Translations under genes and position numbers: made by a program
Source: Eledone cirrhosa
Taxonomy: Eukaryota
NCBI GenBank assembly: GCA_964016885.1
Contig: OZ024740.1
Coordinates: 41,292,001 to 41,356,000 of the forward strand
Direction of reading: 5' to 3'
Length of the DNA: 64,000 bases
Part shown: one piece after another, positions 15,001 to 30,000 of the stretch
Position numbering within the stretch: position 1 is the stretch's first letter
Layout of the letters: each line of letters begins with the position of its first letter
The notes under the pieces: generated by a model
The model's input: the letters and a program-made list of their open reading frames with translations, nothing else
What the model was told of the DNA's origin: nothing
Database searches by the model: none

Positions 15001-18000
15001 TAATTGTTTTATGTATTTAAATAAAGTGTACGTGAAGATAAACTTATTTTTATTTGTTTTATGTATTAAAATAAAGTGTACGTGAAGATAAATTTATTTT
15101 TATTTGTTTTATGTATTAAAATAAAGTGTACGTGAAGATAGATTTATTTTTATTTGTGTTATGTATTAAAATAAAGTGTACGTGAAGATAAATTTATTTT
15201 TATTTGTTTTATGTATTAAAATAAAGTGTACGTGAAGATAAATTTATTTTTATTTGTTTTATGTATTAAAATAAAGTGTACGTGAAGATACATTTATTTT
15301 TATTTGTTTTATGTATTAAAATAAAGTGTACGTGAAGATAAATTTATTTTTATTTGTCTTATGTATTAAAATAATGTGTACGTGAAGATAAATTTACTTT
15401 TATTTGTTTTATGTATTAAAATAAAGTGTACGTGAAGATAAATTTACTTTTATTTGTTTTATGTATTAAAATAAAGTGTACGTGAAGATAAATTTACTTT
15501 TATTTGTTTTATGTATTAAAATAAAGTGTACGTGAAGATAAATTTACTTTTATTTGTTTTATGTATTAAAATAAAGTGTACGTGAAGATAAATTTATTTT
15601 TATTTGTTTCATGTATTAAAATAAAGTGTACGTGAAGATAAATTTATTTTTATTTGTTTTATGTATTAAAATAAAGTGTACGTGAAGATAAATTTATTTT
15701 TATTTGTTTTATGTATTAAAATAAAGTGTACGTGAAGATAGATTTATTTTTATTTGTTTTATGTATTAAAATAAAGTGTACGTGAAGATAAATTTATTTT
15801 TATTTGTTTTATGTATTAAAATAAAGTGTACGTGAAGATAAATTTATTTTTATTTGTTTTATGTATTAAAATAAAGTGTTCGTGAAGATAAATTTATTTT
15901 TATTTGTTTTATATATTAAAATAAAGTGTACGTGAAGATAAATTTATTTTTATTTGTCTTATGTATTAAAATAATGTGTACGTGAAGATAAATTTACTTT
16001 TATTTGTTTTATGTATTAAAATAAAGTGTACGTGAAGATAAATTTACTTTTATTTGTTTTATGTATTAAAATAAAGTGTACGTGAAGATAAATTTACTTT
16101 TATTTGTTTTATGTATTAAAATAAAGTGTACGTGAAGATAAATTTACTTTTATTTGTTTTATGTATTAAAATAAAGTGTACGTGAAGATAAATTTATTTT
16201 TATTTGTTTTATGTATTAAAATAAAGTGTACGTGAAGATAAATTTATTTTTATTTGTTTTATGTATTAAAATAAAGTGTACGTGAAGATAAATTTATTTT
16301 TATTTGTTTTATGTATTAAAATAAAGTGTACGTGAAGATAAATTTATTTTTATTTGTTTTATGTATTAAAATAAAGTGTACGTGAAGATAAATTTATTTT
16401 TATTTGTTTTATATATTAAAATAAAGTGTACGTGAAGATAAATTTATTTTTATTTGTTTATTTATTAAAATAAAGTGTACGTGAAGATAAATTTATTTCT
16501 ATTTGTTTTTTGTATTAAAATAAAGTGTACGTGAAGATAAATTTATTTTTATTTGTTTTATGTATTAAAATAAAGTGTACGTGAAGATAAATTTATTTTT
16601 ATTTGTTTTATGTATTAAAATAAAGTGTACGTGAAGATAGATTTATTTTTATTTGTGTTATGTATTAAAATAAAGTGTACGTGAAGATAAATTTATTTTT
16701 ATTTGTTTTATGTATTAAAATAAAGTGTACGTGAAGATAAATTTATTTTTATTTGTTTTATGTATTAAAATAAAGTGTACGTGAAGATAAATTTATTTTT
16801 AATTGTTTTATGTATTTAAATAAAGTGTACGTGAAGATAAACTTATTTTTATTTGTTTTATGTATTAAAATAAAGTGTACGTGAAGATAAATTTATTTTT
16901 ATTTGTTTTATGTATTAAAATAAAGTGTACGTGAAGATAGATTTATTTTTATTTGTGTTATGTATTAAAATAAAGTGTACGTGAAGATAAATTTATTTTT
17001 ATTTGTTTTATGTATTAAAATAAAGTGTACGTGAAGATAAATTTATTTTTATTTGTTTTATGTATTAAAATAAAGTGTACGTGAAGATACATTTATTTTT
17101 ATTTGTTTTATGTATTAAAATAAAGTGTACGTGAAGATAAATTTATTTTTATTTGTCTTATGTATTAAAATAATGTGTACGTGAAGATAAATTTACTTTT
17201 ATTTGTTTTATGTATTAAAATAAAGTGTACGTGAAGATAAATTTACTTTTATTTGTTTTATGTATTAAAATAAAGTGTACGTGAAGATAAATTTACTTTT
17301 ATTTGTTTTATGTATTAAAATAAAGTGTACGTGAAGATAAATTTACTTTTATTTGTTTTATGTATTAAAATAAAGTGTACGTGAAGATAAATTTATTTTT
17401 ATTTGTTTCATGTATTAAAATAAAGTGTACGTGAAGATAAATTTATTTTTATTTGTTTTATGTATTAAAATAAAGTGTACGTGAAGATAAATTTATTTTT
17501 ATTTGTTTTATGTATTAAAATAAAGTGTACGTGAAGATAGATTTATTTTTATTTGTTTTATGTATTAAAATAAAGTGTACGTGAAGATAAATTTATTTTT
17601 ATTTGTTTTATGTATTAAAATAAAGTGTTCGTGAAGATAAATTTATTTTTATTTGTTTTATATATTAAAATAAAGTGTACGTGAAGATAAATTTATTTTT
17701 ATTTGTCTTATGTATTAAAATAATGTGTACGTGAAGATAAATTTATTTTTATTTGTTTTATGTATTAAAATAAAGTGTACGTGAAGATAGATTTATTTTT
17801 ATTTGTTTTATGTATTAAAATAAAGTGTACGTGAAGATAAATTTATTTTTATTTGTTTTATGTATTAAAATAAAGTGTTCGTGAAGATAAATTTATTTTT
17901 ATTTGTTTTATATATTAAAATAAAGTGTTCGTGAAGATAAATTTATTTTTATTTGTTTTATATATTAAAATAAAGTGTACGTGAAGATAAATTTATTTTT

Positions 18001-21000
18001 ATTTGTCTTATGTATTAAAATAATGTGTACGTGAAGATAAATTTACTTTTATTTGTTTTATGTATTAAAATAAAGTGTACGTGAAGATAAATTTACTTTT
18101 ATTTGTTTTATGTATTAAAATAAAGTGTACGTGAAGATAAATTTACTTTTATTTGTTTTATGTATTAAAATAAAGTGTACGTGAAGATAAATTTATTTTT
18201 ATTTGTTTTATGTATTAAAATAAAGTGTACGTGAAGATAAATTTATTTTTATTTGTTTTATGTATTAAAATAAAGTGTACGTGAAGATAAATTTATTTTT
18301 ATTTGTTTTATGTATTAAAATAAAGTGTACGTGAAGATAAATTTATTTTTATTTGTTTTATATATTAAAATAAAGTGTACGTGAAGATAAATTTATTTTT
18401 ATTTGTTTATTTATTAAAATAAAGTGTACGTGAAGATAAATTTATTTCTATTTGTTTTTTGTATTAAAATAAAGTGTACGTGAAGATAAATTTATTTTTA
18501 TTTGTTTTATGTATTAAAATAAAGTGTACGTGAAGATAAATTTATTTTTATTTGTTTTATGTATTAAAATAAAGTGTACGTGAAGATAGATTTATTTTTA
18601 TTTGTGTTATGTATTAAAATAAAGTGTACGTGAAGATAAATTTATTTTTATTTGTTTTATGTATTAAAATAAAGTGTACGTGAAGATAAATTTATTTTTA
18701 TTTGTTTTATGTATTAAAATAAAGTGTACGTGAAGATAAATTTATTTTTAATTGTTTTATGTATTTAAATAAAGTGTACGTGAAGATAAACTTATTTTTA
18801 TTTGTTTTATGTATTAAAATAAAGTGTACGTGAAGATAAATTTATTTTTATTTGTTTTATGTATTAAAATAAAGTGTACGTGAAGATAGATTTATTTTTA
18901 TTTGTGTTATGTATTAAAATAAAGTGTACGTGAAGATAAATTTATTTTTATTTGTTTTATGTATTAAAATAAAGTGTACGTGAAGATAAATTTATTTTTA
19001 TTTGTTTTATGTATTAAAATAAAGTGTACGTGAAGATACATTTATTTTTATTTGTTTTATGTATTAAAATAAAGTGTACGTGAAGATAAATTTATTTTTA
19101 TTTGTCTTATGTATTAAAATAATGTGTACGTGAAGATAAATTTACTTTTATTTGTTTTATGTATTAAAATAAAGTGTACGTGAAGATAAATTTACTTTTA
19201 TTTGTTTTATGTATTAAAATAAAGTGTACGTGAAGATAAATTTACTTTTATTTGTTTTATGTATTAAAATAAAGTGTACGTGAAGATAAATTTACTTTTA
19301 TTTGTTTTATGTATTAAAATAAAGTGTACGTGAAGATAAATTTATTTTTATTTGTTTCATGTATTAAAATAAAGTGTACGTGAAGATAAATTTATTTTTA
19401 TTTGTTTTATGTATTAAAATAAAGTGTACGTGAAGATAAATTTATTTTTATTTGTTTTATGTATTAAAATAAAGTGTACGTGAAGATAGATTTATTTTTA
19501 TTTGTTTTATGTATTAAAATAAAGTGTACGTGAAGATAAATTTATTTTTATTTGTTTTATGTATTAAAATAAAGTGTTCGTGAAGATAAATTTATTTTTA
19601 TTTGTTTTATATATTAAAATAAAGTGTACGTGAAGATAAATTTATTTTTATTTGTCTTATGTATTAAAATAATGTGTACGTGAAGATAAATTTATTTTTA
19701 TTTGTTTTATGTATTAAAATAAAGTGTACGTGAAGATAGATTTATTTTTATTTGTTTTATGTATTAAAATAAAGTGTACGTGAAGATAAATTTATTTTTA
19801 TTTGTTTTATGTATTAAAATAAAGTGTTCGTGAAGATAAATTTATTTTTATTTGTTTTATATATTAAAATAAAGTGTTCGTGAAGATAAATTTATTTTTA
19901 TTTGTTTTATATATTAAAATAAAGTGTACGTGAAGATAAATTTATTTTTATTTGTCTTATGTATTAAAATAATGTGTACGTGAAGATAAATTTACTTTTA
20001 TTTGTTTTATGTATTAAAATAAAGTGTACGTGAAGATAAATTTACTTTTATTTGTTTTATGTATTAAAATAAAGTGTACGTGAAGATAAATTTACTTTTA
20101 TTTGTTTTATGTATTAAAATAAAGTGTACGTGAAGATAAATTTACTTTTATTTGTTTTATGTATTAAAATAAAGTGTACGTGAAGATAAATTTATTTTTA
20201 TTTGTTTTATGTATTAAAATAAAGTGTACGTGAAGATAAATTTATTTTTATTTGTTTTATGTATTAAAATAAAGTGTACGTGAAGATAAATTTATTTTTA
20301 TTTGTTTTATGTATTAAAATAAAGTGTACGTGAAGATAAATTTATTTTTATTTGTTTTATGTATTAAAATAAAGTGTACGTGAAGATAAATTTATTTTTA
20401 TTTGTTTTATATATTAAAATAAAGTGTACGTGAAGATAAATTTATTTTTATTTGTTTATGTATTAAAATAAAGTGTACGTGAAGATAAATTTATTTCTAT
20501 TTGTTTTTTGTATTAAAATAAAGTGTACGTGAAGATAAATTTATTTTTATTTGTTTTATGTATTAAAATAAAGTGTACGTGAAGATAAATTTATTTTTAT
20601 TTGTTTTATGTATTAAAATAAAGTGTACGTGAAGATAGATTTATTTTTATTTGTGTTATGTATTAAAATAAAGTGTACGTGAAGATAAATTTATTTTTAT
20701 TTGTTTTATGTATTAAAATAAAGTGTACGTGAAGATAAATTTATTTTTATTTGTTTTATGTATTAAAATAAAGTGTACGTGAAGATAAATTTACTTTTAT
20801 TTGTTTTATGTATTAAAATAAAGTGTACGTGAAGATAAATTTACTTTTATTTGTTTTATGTATTAAAATAAAGTGTACGTGAAGATAAATGTATTTTTAT
20901 TTGTTTTATGTATTAAAATAAAGTGTACGTGAAGATAAATTTATTTTTATTTGTTTTATGTATTAAAATAAAGTGTACGTGAAGATAAATTTATTTTTAT

Positions 21001-24000
21001 TTGTTTTATGTATTAAAATAAAGTGTACGTGAAGATAAATTTATTTTTATTTGTTTTATGTATTAAAATAAAGTGTACGTGAAGATAAATTTATTTTTAT
21101 TTGTTTTATGTATTAAAATAAAGTGTACGTGAAGATAAATTTATTTTTATTTGTTTTATGTATTAAAATAATGTGTACGTGAAGATAAATTTATTTTTAT
21201 TTGTTTTATGTATTAAAATAAAGTGTACGTGAAGATAGATTTATTTTTATTTGTGTTATGTATTAAAATAAAGTGTACGTGAAGATAAATTTATTTTTAT
21301 TTGTTTTATGTATTAAAATAAAGTGTACGTGAAGATAAATTTATTTTTATTTGTTTTATGTATTAAAATAAAGTGTACGTGAAGATAAATTTATTTTTAA
21401 TTGTTTTATGTATTTAAATAAAGTGTACGTGAAGATAAACTTATTTTTATTTGTTTTATGTATTAAAATAAAGTGTACGTGAAGATAAATTTATTTTTAT
21501 TTGTTTTATGTATTAAAATAAAGTGTACGTGAAGATAGATTTATTTTTATTTGTGTTATGTATTAAAATAAAGTGTACGTGAAGATAAATTTATTTTTAT
21601 TTGTTTTATGTATTAAAATAAAGTGTACGTGAAGATAAATTTATTTTTATTTGTTTTATGTATTAAAATAAAGTGTACGTGAAGATACATTTATTTTTAT
21701 TTGTTTTATGTATTAAAATAAAGTGTACGTGAAGATAAATTTATTTTTATTTGTCTTATGTATTAAAATAATGTGTACGTGAAGATAAATTTACTTTTAT
21801 TTGTTTTATGTATTAAAATAAAGTGTACGTGAAGATAAATTTACTTTTATTTGTTTTATGTATTAAAATAAAGTGTACGTGAAGATAAATTTACTTTTAT
21901 TTGTTTTATGTATTAAAATAAAGTGTACGTGAAGATAAATTTACTTTTATTTGTTTTATGTATTAAAATAAAGTGTACGTGAAGATAAATTTATTTTTAT
22001 TTGTTTCATGTATTAAAATAAAGTGTACGTGAAGATAAATTTATTTTTATTTGTTTTATGTATTAAAATAAAGTGTACGTGAAGATAAATTTATTTTTAT
22101 TTGTTTTATGAATTAAAATAAAGTGTACGTGAAGATAGATTTATTTTTATTTGTTTTATGTATTAAAATAAAGTGTACGTGAAGATAAATTTATTTTTAT
22201 TTGTTTTATGTATTAAAATAAAGTGTACGTGAAGATAAATTTATTTTTATTTGTTTTATGTATTAAAATAAAGTGTTCGTGAAGATAAATTTATTTTTAT
22301 TTGTTTTATATATTAAAATAAAGTGTACGTGAAGATAAATTTATTTTTATTTGTCTTATGTATTAAAATAATGTGTACGTGAAGATAAATTTACTTTTAT
22401 TTGTTTTATGTATTAAAATAAAGTGTACGTGAAGATAAATTTACTTTTATTTGTTTTATGTATTAAAATAAAGTGTACGTGAAGATAAATTTACTTTTAT
22501 TTGTTTTATGTATTAAAATAAAGTGTACGTGAAGATAAATTTACTTTTATTTGTTTTATGTATTAAAATAAAGTGTACGTGAAGATAAATTTATTTTTAT
22601 TTGTTTTATGTATTAAAATAAAGTGTACGTGAAGATAAATTTATTTTTATTTGTTTTATGTATTAAAATAAAGTGTACGTGAAGATAGATTTATTTTTAT
22701 TTGTGTTATGTATTAAAATAAAGTGTACGTGAAGATAAATTTATTTTTATTTGTTTTATGTATTAAAATAAAGTGTACGTGAAGATAAATTTATTTTTAT
22801 TTGTTTTATGTATTAAAATAAAGTGTACGTGAAGATAAATTTATTTTTAATTGTTTTATGTATTTAAATAAAGTGTACGTGAAGATAAACTTATTTTTAT
22901 TTGTTTTATGTATTAAAATAAAGTGTACGTGAAGATAAATTTATTTTTATTTGTTTTATGTATTAAAATAAAGTGTACGTGAAGATAGATTTATTTTTAT
23001 TTGTGTTATGTATTAAAATAAAGTGTACGTGAAGATAAATTTATTTTTATTTGTTTTATGTATTAAAATAAAGTGTACGTGAAGATAAATTTATTTTTAT
23101 TTGTTTTATGTATTAAAATAAAGTGTACGTGAAGATACATTTATTTTTATTTGTTTTATGTATTAAAATAAAGTGTACGTGAAGATAAATTTATTTTTAT
23201 TTGTCTTATGTATTAAAATAATGTGTACGTGAAGATAAATTTACTTTTATTTGTTTTATGTATTAAAATAAAGTGTACGTGAAGATAAATTTACTTTTAT
23301 TTGTTTTATGTATTAAAATAAAGTGTACGTGAAGATAAATTTACTTTTATTTGTTTTATGTATTAAAATAAAGTGTACGTGAAGATAAATTTACTTTTAT
23401 TTGTTTTATGTATTAAAATAAAGTGTACGTGAAGATAAATTTATTTTTATTTGTTTCATGTATTAAAATAAAGTGTACGTGAAGATAGATTTATTTTTAT
23501 TTGTGTTATGTATTAAAATAAAGTGTACGTGAAGATAAATTTATTTTTATTTGTTTTATGTATTAAAATAAAGTGTACGTGAAGATAAATTTATTTTTAT
23601 TTGTTTTATGTATTAAAATAAAGTGTACGTGAAGATAAATTTACTTTTATTTGTTTTATGTATTAAAATAAAGTGTACGCGAAGATAAATTTACTTTTAT
23701 TTGTTTTATGTATTAAAATAAAGTGTACGTGAAGATAAATGTATTTTTATTTGTTTTATGTATTAAAATAAAGTGTACGTGAAGATAAATTTATTTTTAT
23801 TTGTTTTATGTATTAAAATAAAGTGTACGTGAAGATAAATTTATTTTTATTTGTTTTATGTATTAAAATAAAGTGTACGTGAAGATAAATTTATTTTTAT
23901 TTGTTTTATGTATTAAAATAAAGTGTACGTGAAGATAAATTTATTTTTATTTGTTTTATGTATTAAAATAAAGTGTACGTGAAGATAAATTTATTTTTAT

Positions 24001-27000
24001 TTGTTTTATGTATTAAAATAAAGTGTCCGTGAAGATAAATTTATTTTTATTTGTTTTATGTATTAAAATAAAGTGTACGTGAAGATAAATTTATTTTTAT
24101 TTGTCTTATGTATTAAAATAATGTGTACGTGAAGATAAATTTACTTTTATTTGTTTTATGAATTAAAATAAAGTGTACGTGAAGATAAATTTACTTTTAT
24201 TTGTTTTATGTATTAAAATCAAGTGTACGTGAAGATAAATTTACTCTTATTTGTTTTATGTATTAAAATAAAGTGTACGTGAAGATAAATTTACTTTTAT
24301 TTGTTTTATGTATTAAAATAAAGTGTACGTGAAGATAAATTTATTTTTATTTGTTTTATGTATTAAAATAAAGTGTACGTGAAGATAAATTTATTTTTAT
24401 TTGTTTTATGTATTAAAATAAAGTGTACGTGAAGATAAATTTATTTTTATTTGTTTTATGTATTAAAATAAAGTGTACGTGAAGATAAATTTATTTTTAA
24501 TTGTTTTATGTATTTAAATAAAGTGTACGTGAAGATAAATTTATTTTTATTTGTTTTATGTATTAAAATAATGTGTACGTGAAGATAAATTTATTTTTAT
24601 TTGTTTTATGTATTAAAATAAAGTGTACGTGAAGATAGATTTATTTTTATTTGTGTTATGTATTAAAATAAAGTGTACGTGAAGATAAATTTATTTTTAT
24701 TTGTTTTATGTATTAAAATAAAGTGTACGTGAAGATAAATTTATTTTTATTTGTTTTATGTATTAAAATAAAGTGTACGTGAAGATAAATTTATTTTTAA
24801 TTGTTTTATGTATTTAAATAAAGTGTACGTGAAGATAAACTTATTTTTATTTGTTTTATGTATTAAAATAAAGTGTACGTGAAGATAAATTTATTTTTAT
24901 TTGTTTTATGTATTAAAATAAAGTGTACGTGAAGATAGATTTATTTTTATTTGTGTTATGTATTAAAATAAAGTGTACGTGAAGATAAATTTATTTTTAT
25001 TTGTTTTATGTATTAAAATAAAGTGTACGTGAAGATAAATTTATTTTTATTTGTTTTATGTATTAAAATAAAGTGTACGTGAAGATACATTTATTTTTAT
25101 TTGTTTTATGTATTAAAATAAAGTGTACGTGAAGATAAATTTATTTTTATTTGTCTTATGTATTAAAATAATGTGTACGTGAAGATAAATTTACTTTTAT
25201 TTGTTTTATGTATTAAAATAAAGTGTACGTGAAGATAAATTTACTTTTATTTGTTTTATGTATTAAAATAAAGTGTACGTGAAGATAAATTTACTTTTAT
25301 TTGTTTTATGTATTAAAATAAAGTGTACGTGAAGATAAATTTACTTTTATTTGTTTTATGTATTAAAATAAAGTGTACGTGAAGATAAATTTATTTTTAT
25401 TTGTTTCATGTATTAAAATAAAGTGTACGTGAAGATAAATTTATTTTTATTTGTTTTATGTATTAAAATAAAGTGTACGTGAAGATAAATTTATTTTTAT
25501 TTGTTTTATGAATTAAAATAAAGTGTACGTGAAGATAGATTTATTTTTATTTGTTTTATGTATTAAAATAAAGTGTACGTGAAGATAAATTTATTTTTAT
25601 TTGTTTTATGTATTAAAATAAAGTGTACGTGAAGATAAATTTATTTTTATTTGTTTTATGTATTAAAATAAAGTGTTCGTGAAGATAAATTTATTTTTAT
25701 TTGTTTTATATATTAAAATAAAGTGTACGTGAAGATAAATTTATTTTTATTTGTCTTATGTATTAAAATAATGTGTACGTGAAGATAAATTTACTTTTAT
25801 TTGTTTTATGTATTAAAATAAAGTGTACGTGAAGATAAATTTACTTTTATTTGTTTTATGTATTAAAATAAAGTGTACGTGAAGATAAATTTACTTTTAT
25901 TTGTTTTATGTATTAAAATAAAGTGTACGTGAAGATAAATTTACTTTTATTTGTTTTATGTATTAAAATAAAGTGTACGTGAAGATAAATTTATTTTTAT
26001 TTGTTTTATGTATTAAAATAAAGTGTACGTGAAGATAAATTTATTTTTATTTGTTTTATGTATTAAAATAAAGTGTACGTGAAGATAGATTTATTTTTAT
26101 TTGTGTTATGTATTAAAATAAAGTGTACGTGAAGATAAATTTATTTTTATTTGTTTTATGTATTAAAATAAAGTGTACGTGAAGATAAATTTATTTTTAT
26201 TTGTTTTATGTATTAAAATAAAGTGTACGTGAAGATAAATTTATTTTTAATTGTTTTATGTATTTAAATAAAGTGTACGTGAAGATAAACTTATTTTTAT
26301 TTGTTTTATGTATTAAAATAAAGTGTACGTGAAGATAAATTTATTTTTATTTGTTTTATGTATTAAAATAAAGTGTACGTGAAGATAGATTTATTTTTAT
26401 TTGTGTTATGTATTAAAATAAAGTGTACGTGAAGATAAATTTATTTTTATTTGTTTTATGTATTAAAATAAAGTGTACGTGAAGATAAATTTATTTTTAT
26501 TTGTTTTATGTATTAAAATAAAGTGTACGTGAAGATACATTTATTTTTATTTGTTTTATGTATTAAAATAAAGTGTACGTGAAGATAAATTTATTTTTAT
26601 TTGTCTTATGTATTAAAATAATGTGTACGTGAAGATAAATTTACTTTTATTTGTTTTATGTATTAAAATAAAGTGTACGTGAAGATAAATTTACTTTTAT
26701 TTGTTTTATGTATTAAAATAAAGTGTACGTGAAGATAAATTTACTTTTATTTGTTTTATGTATTAAAATAAAGTGTACGTGAAGATAAATTTACTTTTAT
26801 TTGTTTTATGTATTAAAATAAAGTGTACGTGAAGATAAATTTATTTTTATTTGTTTCATGTATTAAAATAAAGTGTACGTGAAGATAAATTTATTTTTAT
26901 TTGTTTTATGTATTAAAATAAAGTGTACGTGAAGATAAATTTATTTTTATTTGTTTTATGTATTAAAATAAAGTGTACGTGAAGATAGATTTATTTTTAT

Positions 27001-30000
27001 TTGTTTTATGTATTAAAATAAAGTGTACGTGAAGATAAATTTATTTTTATTTGTTTTATGTATTAAAATAAAGTGTACGTGAAGATAAATTTATTTTTAT
27101 TTGTTTTATGTATTAAAATAAAGTGTACGTGAAGATAAATTTATTTTTATTTGTTTTATGTATTAAAATAAAGTGTACGTGAAGATACATTTATTTTTAT
27201 TTGTTTTATGTATTAAAATAAAGTGTGCGTGAAGATAAATTTATTTTTATTTGTCTTATGTATTAAAATAATGTGTACGTGAAGATAAATTTACTTTTAT
27301 TTGTTTTATGTATTAAAATAAAGTGTACGTGAAGATAAATTTACTTTTATTTGTTTTATGTATTAAAATAAAGTGTACGTGAAGATAAATTTACTTTTAT
27401 TTGTTTTATGTATTAAAATAAAGTGTACGTGAAGATAAATTTACTTTTATTTGTTTTATGTATTAAAATAAAGTGTACGTGAAGATAAATTTATTTTTAT
27501 TTGTTTCATGTATTAAAATAAAGTGTACGTGAAGATAAATTTATTTTTATTTGTTTTATGTATTAAAATAAAGTGTACGTGAAGATAAATTTATTTTTAT
27601 TTGTTTTATGAATTAAAATAAAGTGTACGTGAAGATAGATTTATTTTTATTTGTTTTATGTATTAAAATAAAGTGTACGTGAAGATAAATTTATTTTTAT
27701 TTGTTTTATGTATTAAAATAAAGTGTACGTGAAGATAAATTTATTTTTATTTGTTTTATGTATTAAAATAAAGTGTTCGTGAAGATAAATTTATTTTTAT
27801 TTGTTTTATATATTAAAATAAAGTGTACGTGAAGATAAATTTATTTTTATTTGTCTTATGTATTAAAATAATGTGTACGTGAAGATAAATTTACTTTTAT
27901 TTGTTTTATGTATTAAAATAAAGTGTACGTGAAGATAAATTTACTTTTATTTGTTTTATGTATTAAAATAAAGTGTACGTGAAGATAAATTTACTTTTAT
28001 TTGTTTTATGTATTAAAATAAAGTGTACGTGAAGATAAATTTACTTTTATTTGTTTTATGTATTAAAATAAAGTGTACGTGAAGATAAATTTATTTTTAT
28101 TTGTTTTATGTATTAAAATAAAGTGTACGTGAAGATAAATTTATTTTTATTTGTTTTATGTATTAAAATAAAGTGTACGTGAAGATAGATTTATTTTTAT
28201 TTGTGTTATGTATTAAAATAAAGTGTACGTGAAGATAAATTTATTTTTATTTGTTTTATGTATTAAAATAAAGTGTACGTGAAGATAAATTTATTTTTAT
28301 TTGTTTTATGTATTAAAATAAAGTGTACGTGAAGATAAATTTATTTTTAATTGTTTTATGTATTTAAATAAAGTGTACGTGAAGATAAACTTATTTTTAT
28401 TTGTTTTATGTATTAAAATAAAGTGTACGTGAAGATAAATTTATTTTTATTTGTTTTATGTATTAAAATAAAGTGTACGTGAAGATAGATTTATTTTTAT
28501 TTGTGTTATGTATTAAAATAAAGTGTACGTGAAGATAAATTTATTTTTATTTGTTTTATGTATTAAAATAAAGTGTACGTGAAGATAAATTTATTTTTAT
28601 TTGTTTTATGTATTAAAATAAAGTGTACGTGAAGATACATTTATTTTTATTTGTTTTATGTATTAAAATAAAGTGTACGTGAAGATAAATTTATTTTTAT
28701 TTGTCTTATGTATTAAAATAATGTGTACGTGAAGATAAATTTACTTTTATTTGTTTTATGTATTAAAATAAAGTGTACGTGAAGATAAATTTACTTTTAT
28801 TTGTTTTATGTATTAAAATAAAGTGTACGTGAAGATAAATTTACTTTTATTTGTTTTATGTATTAAAATAAAGTGTACGTGAAGATAAATTTACTTTTAT
28901 TTGTTTTATGTATTAAAATAAAGTGTACGTGAAGATAAATTTATTTTTATTTGTTTCATGTATTAAAATAAAGTGTACGTGAAGATAAATTTATTTTTAT
29001 TTGTTTTATGTATTAAAATAAAGTGTACGTGAAGATAAATTTATTTTTATTTGTTTTATGTATTAAAATAAAGTGTACGTGAAGATAGATTTATTTTTAT
29101 TTGTTTTATGTATTAAAATAAAGTGTACGTGAAGATAAATTTATTTTTATTTGTTTTATGTATTAAAATAAAGTGTACGTGAAGATAAATTTATTTTTAT
29201 TTGTTTTATGTATTAAAATAAAGTGTTCGTGAAGATAAATTTATTTTTATTTGTTTTATATATTAAAATAAAGTGTACGTGAAGATAAATTTATTTTTAT
29301 TTGTCTTATGTATTAAAATAATGTGTACGTGAAGATAAATTTACTTTTATTTGTTTTATGTATTAAAATAAAGTGTACGTGAAGATAAATTTACTTTTAT
29401 TTGTTTTATGTATTAAAATAAAGTGTACGTGAAGATAAATTTACTTTTATTTGTTTTATGTATTAAAATAAAGTGTACGTGAAGATAAATTTACTTTTAT
29501 TTGTTTTATGTATTAAAATAAAGTGTACGTGAAGATAAATTTATTTTTATTTGTTTTATGTATTAAAATAAAGTGTACGTGAAGATAAATTTATTTTTAT
29601 TTGTTTTATGTATTAAAATAAAGTGTACGTGAAGATAAATTTATTTTTATTTGTTTTATGTATTAAAATAAAGTGTACGTGAAGATAAATTTATTTTTAT
29701 TTGTTTTATGTATTAAAATAAAGTGTACGTGAAGATAAATTTATTTTTATTTGTTTTATATATTAAAATAAAGTGTACGTGAAGATAAATTTATTTTTAT
29801 TTGTTTATTTATTAAAATAAAGTGTACGTGAAGATAAATTTATTTCTATTTGTTTTTTGTATTAAAATAAAGTGTACGTGAAGATAAATTTATTTTTATT
29901 TGTTTTATGTATTAAAATAAAGTGTACGTGAAGATAAATTTATTTTTATTTGTTTTATGTATTAAAATAAAGTGTACGTGAAGATAGATTTATTTTTATT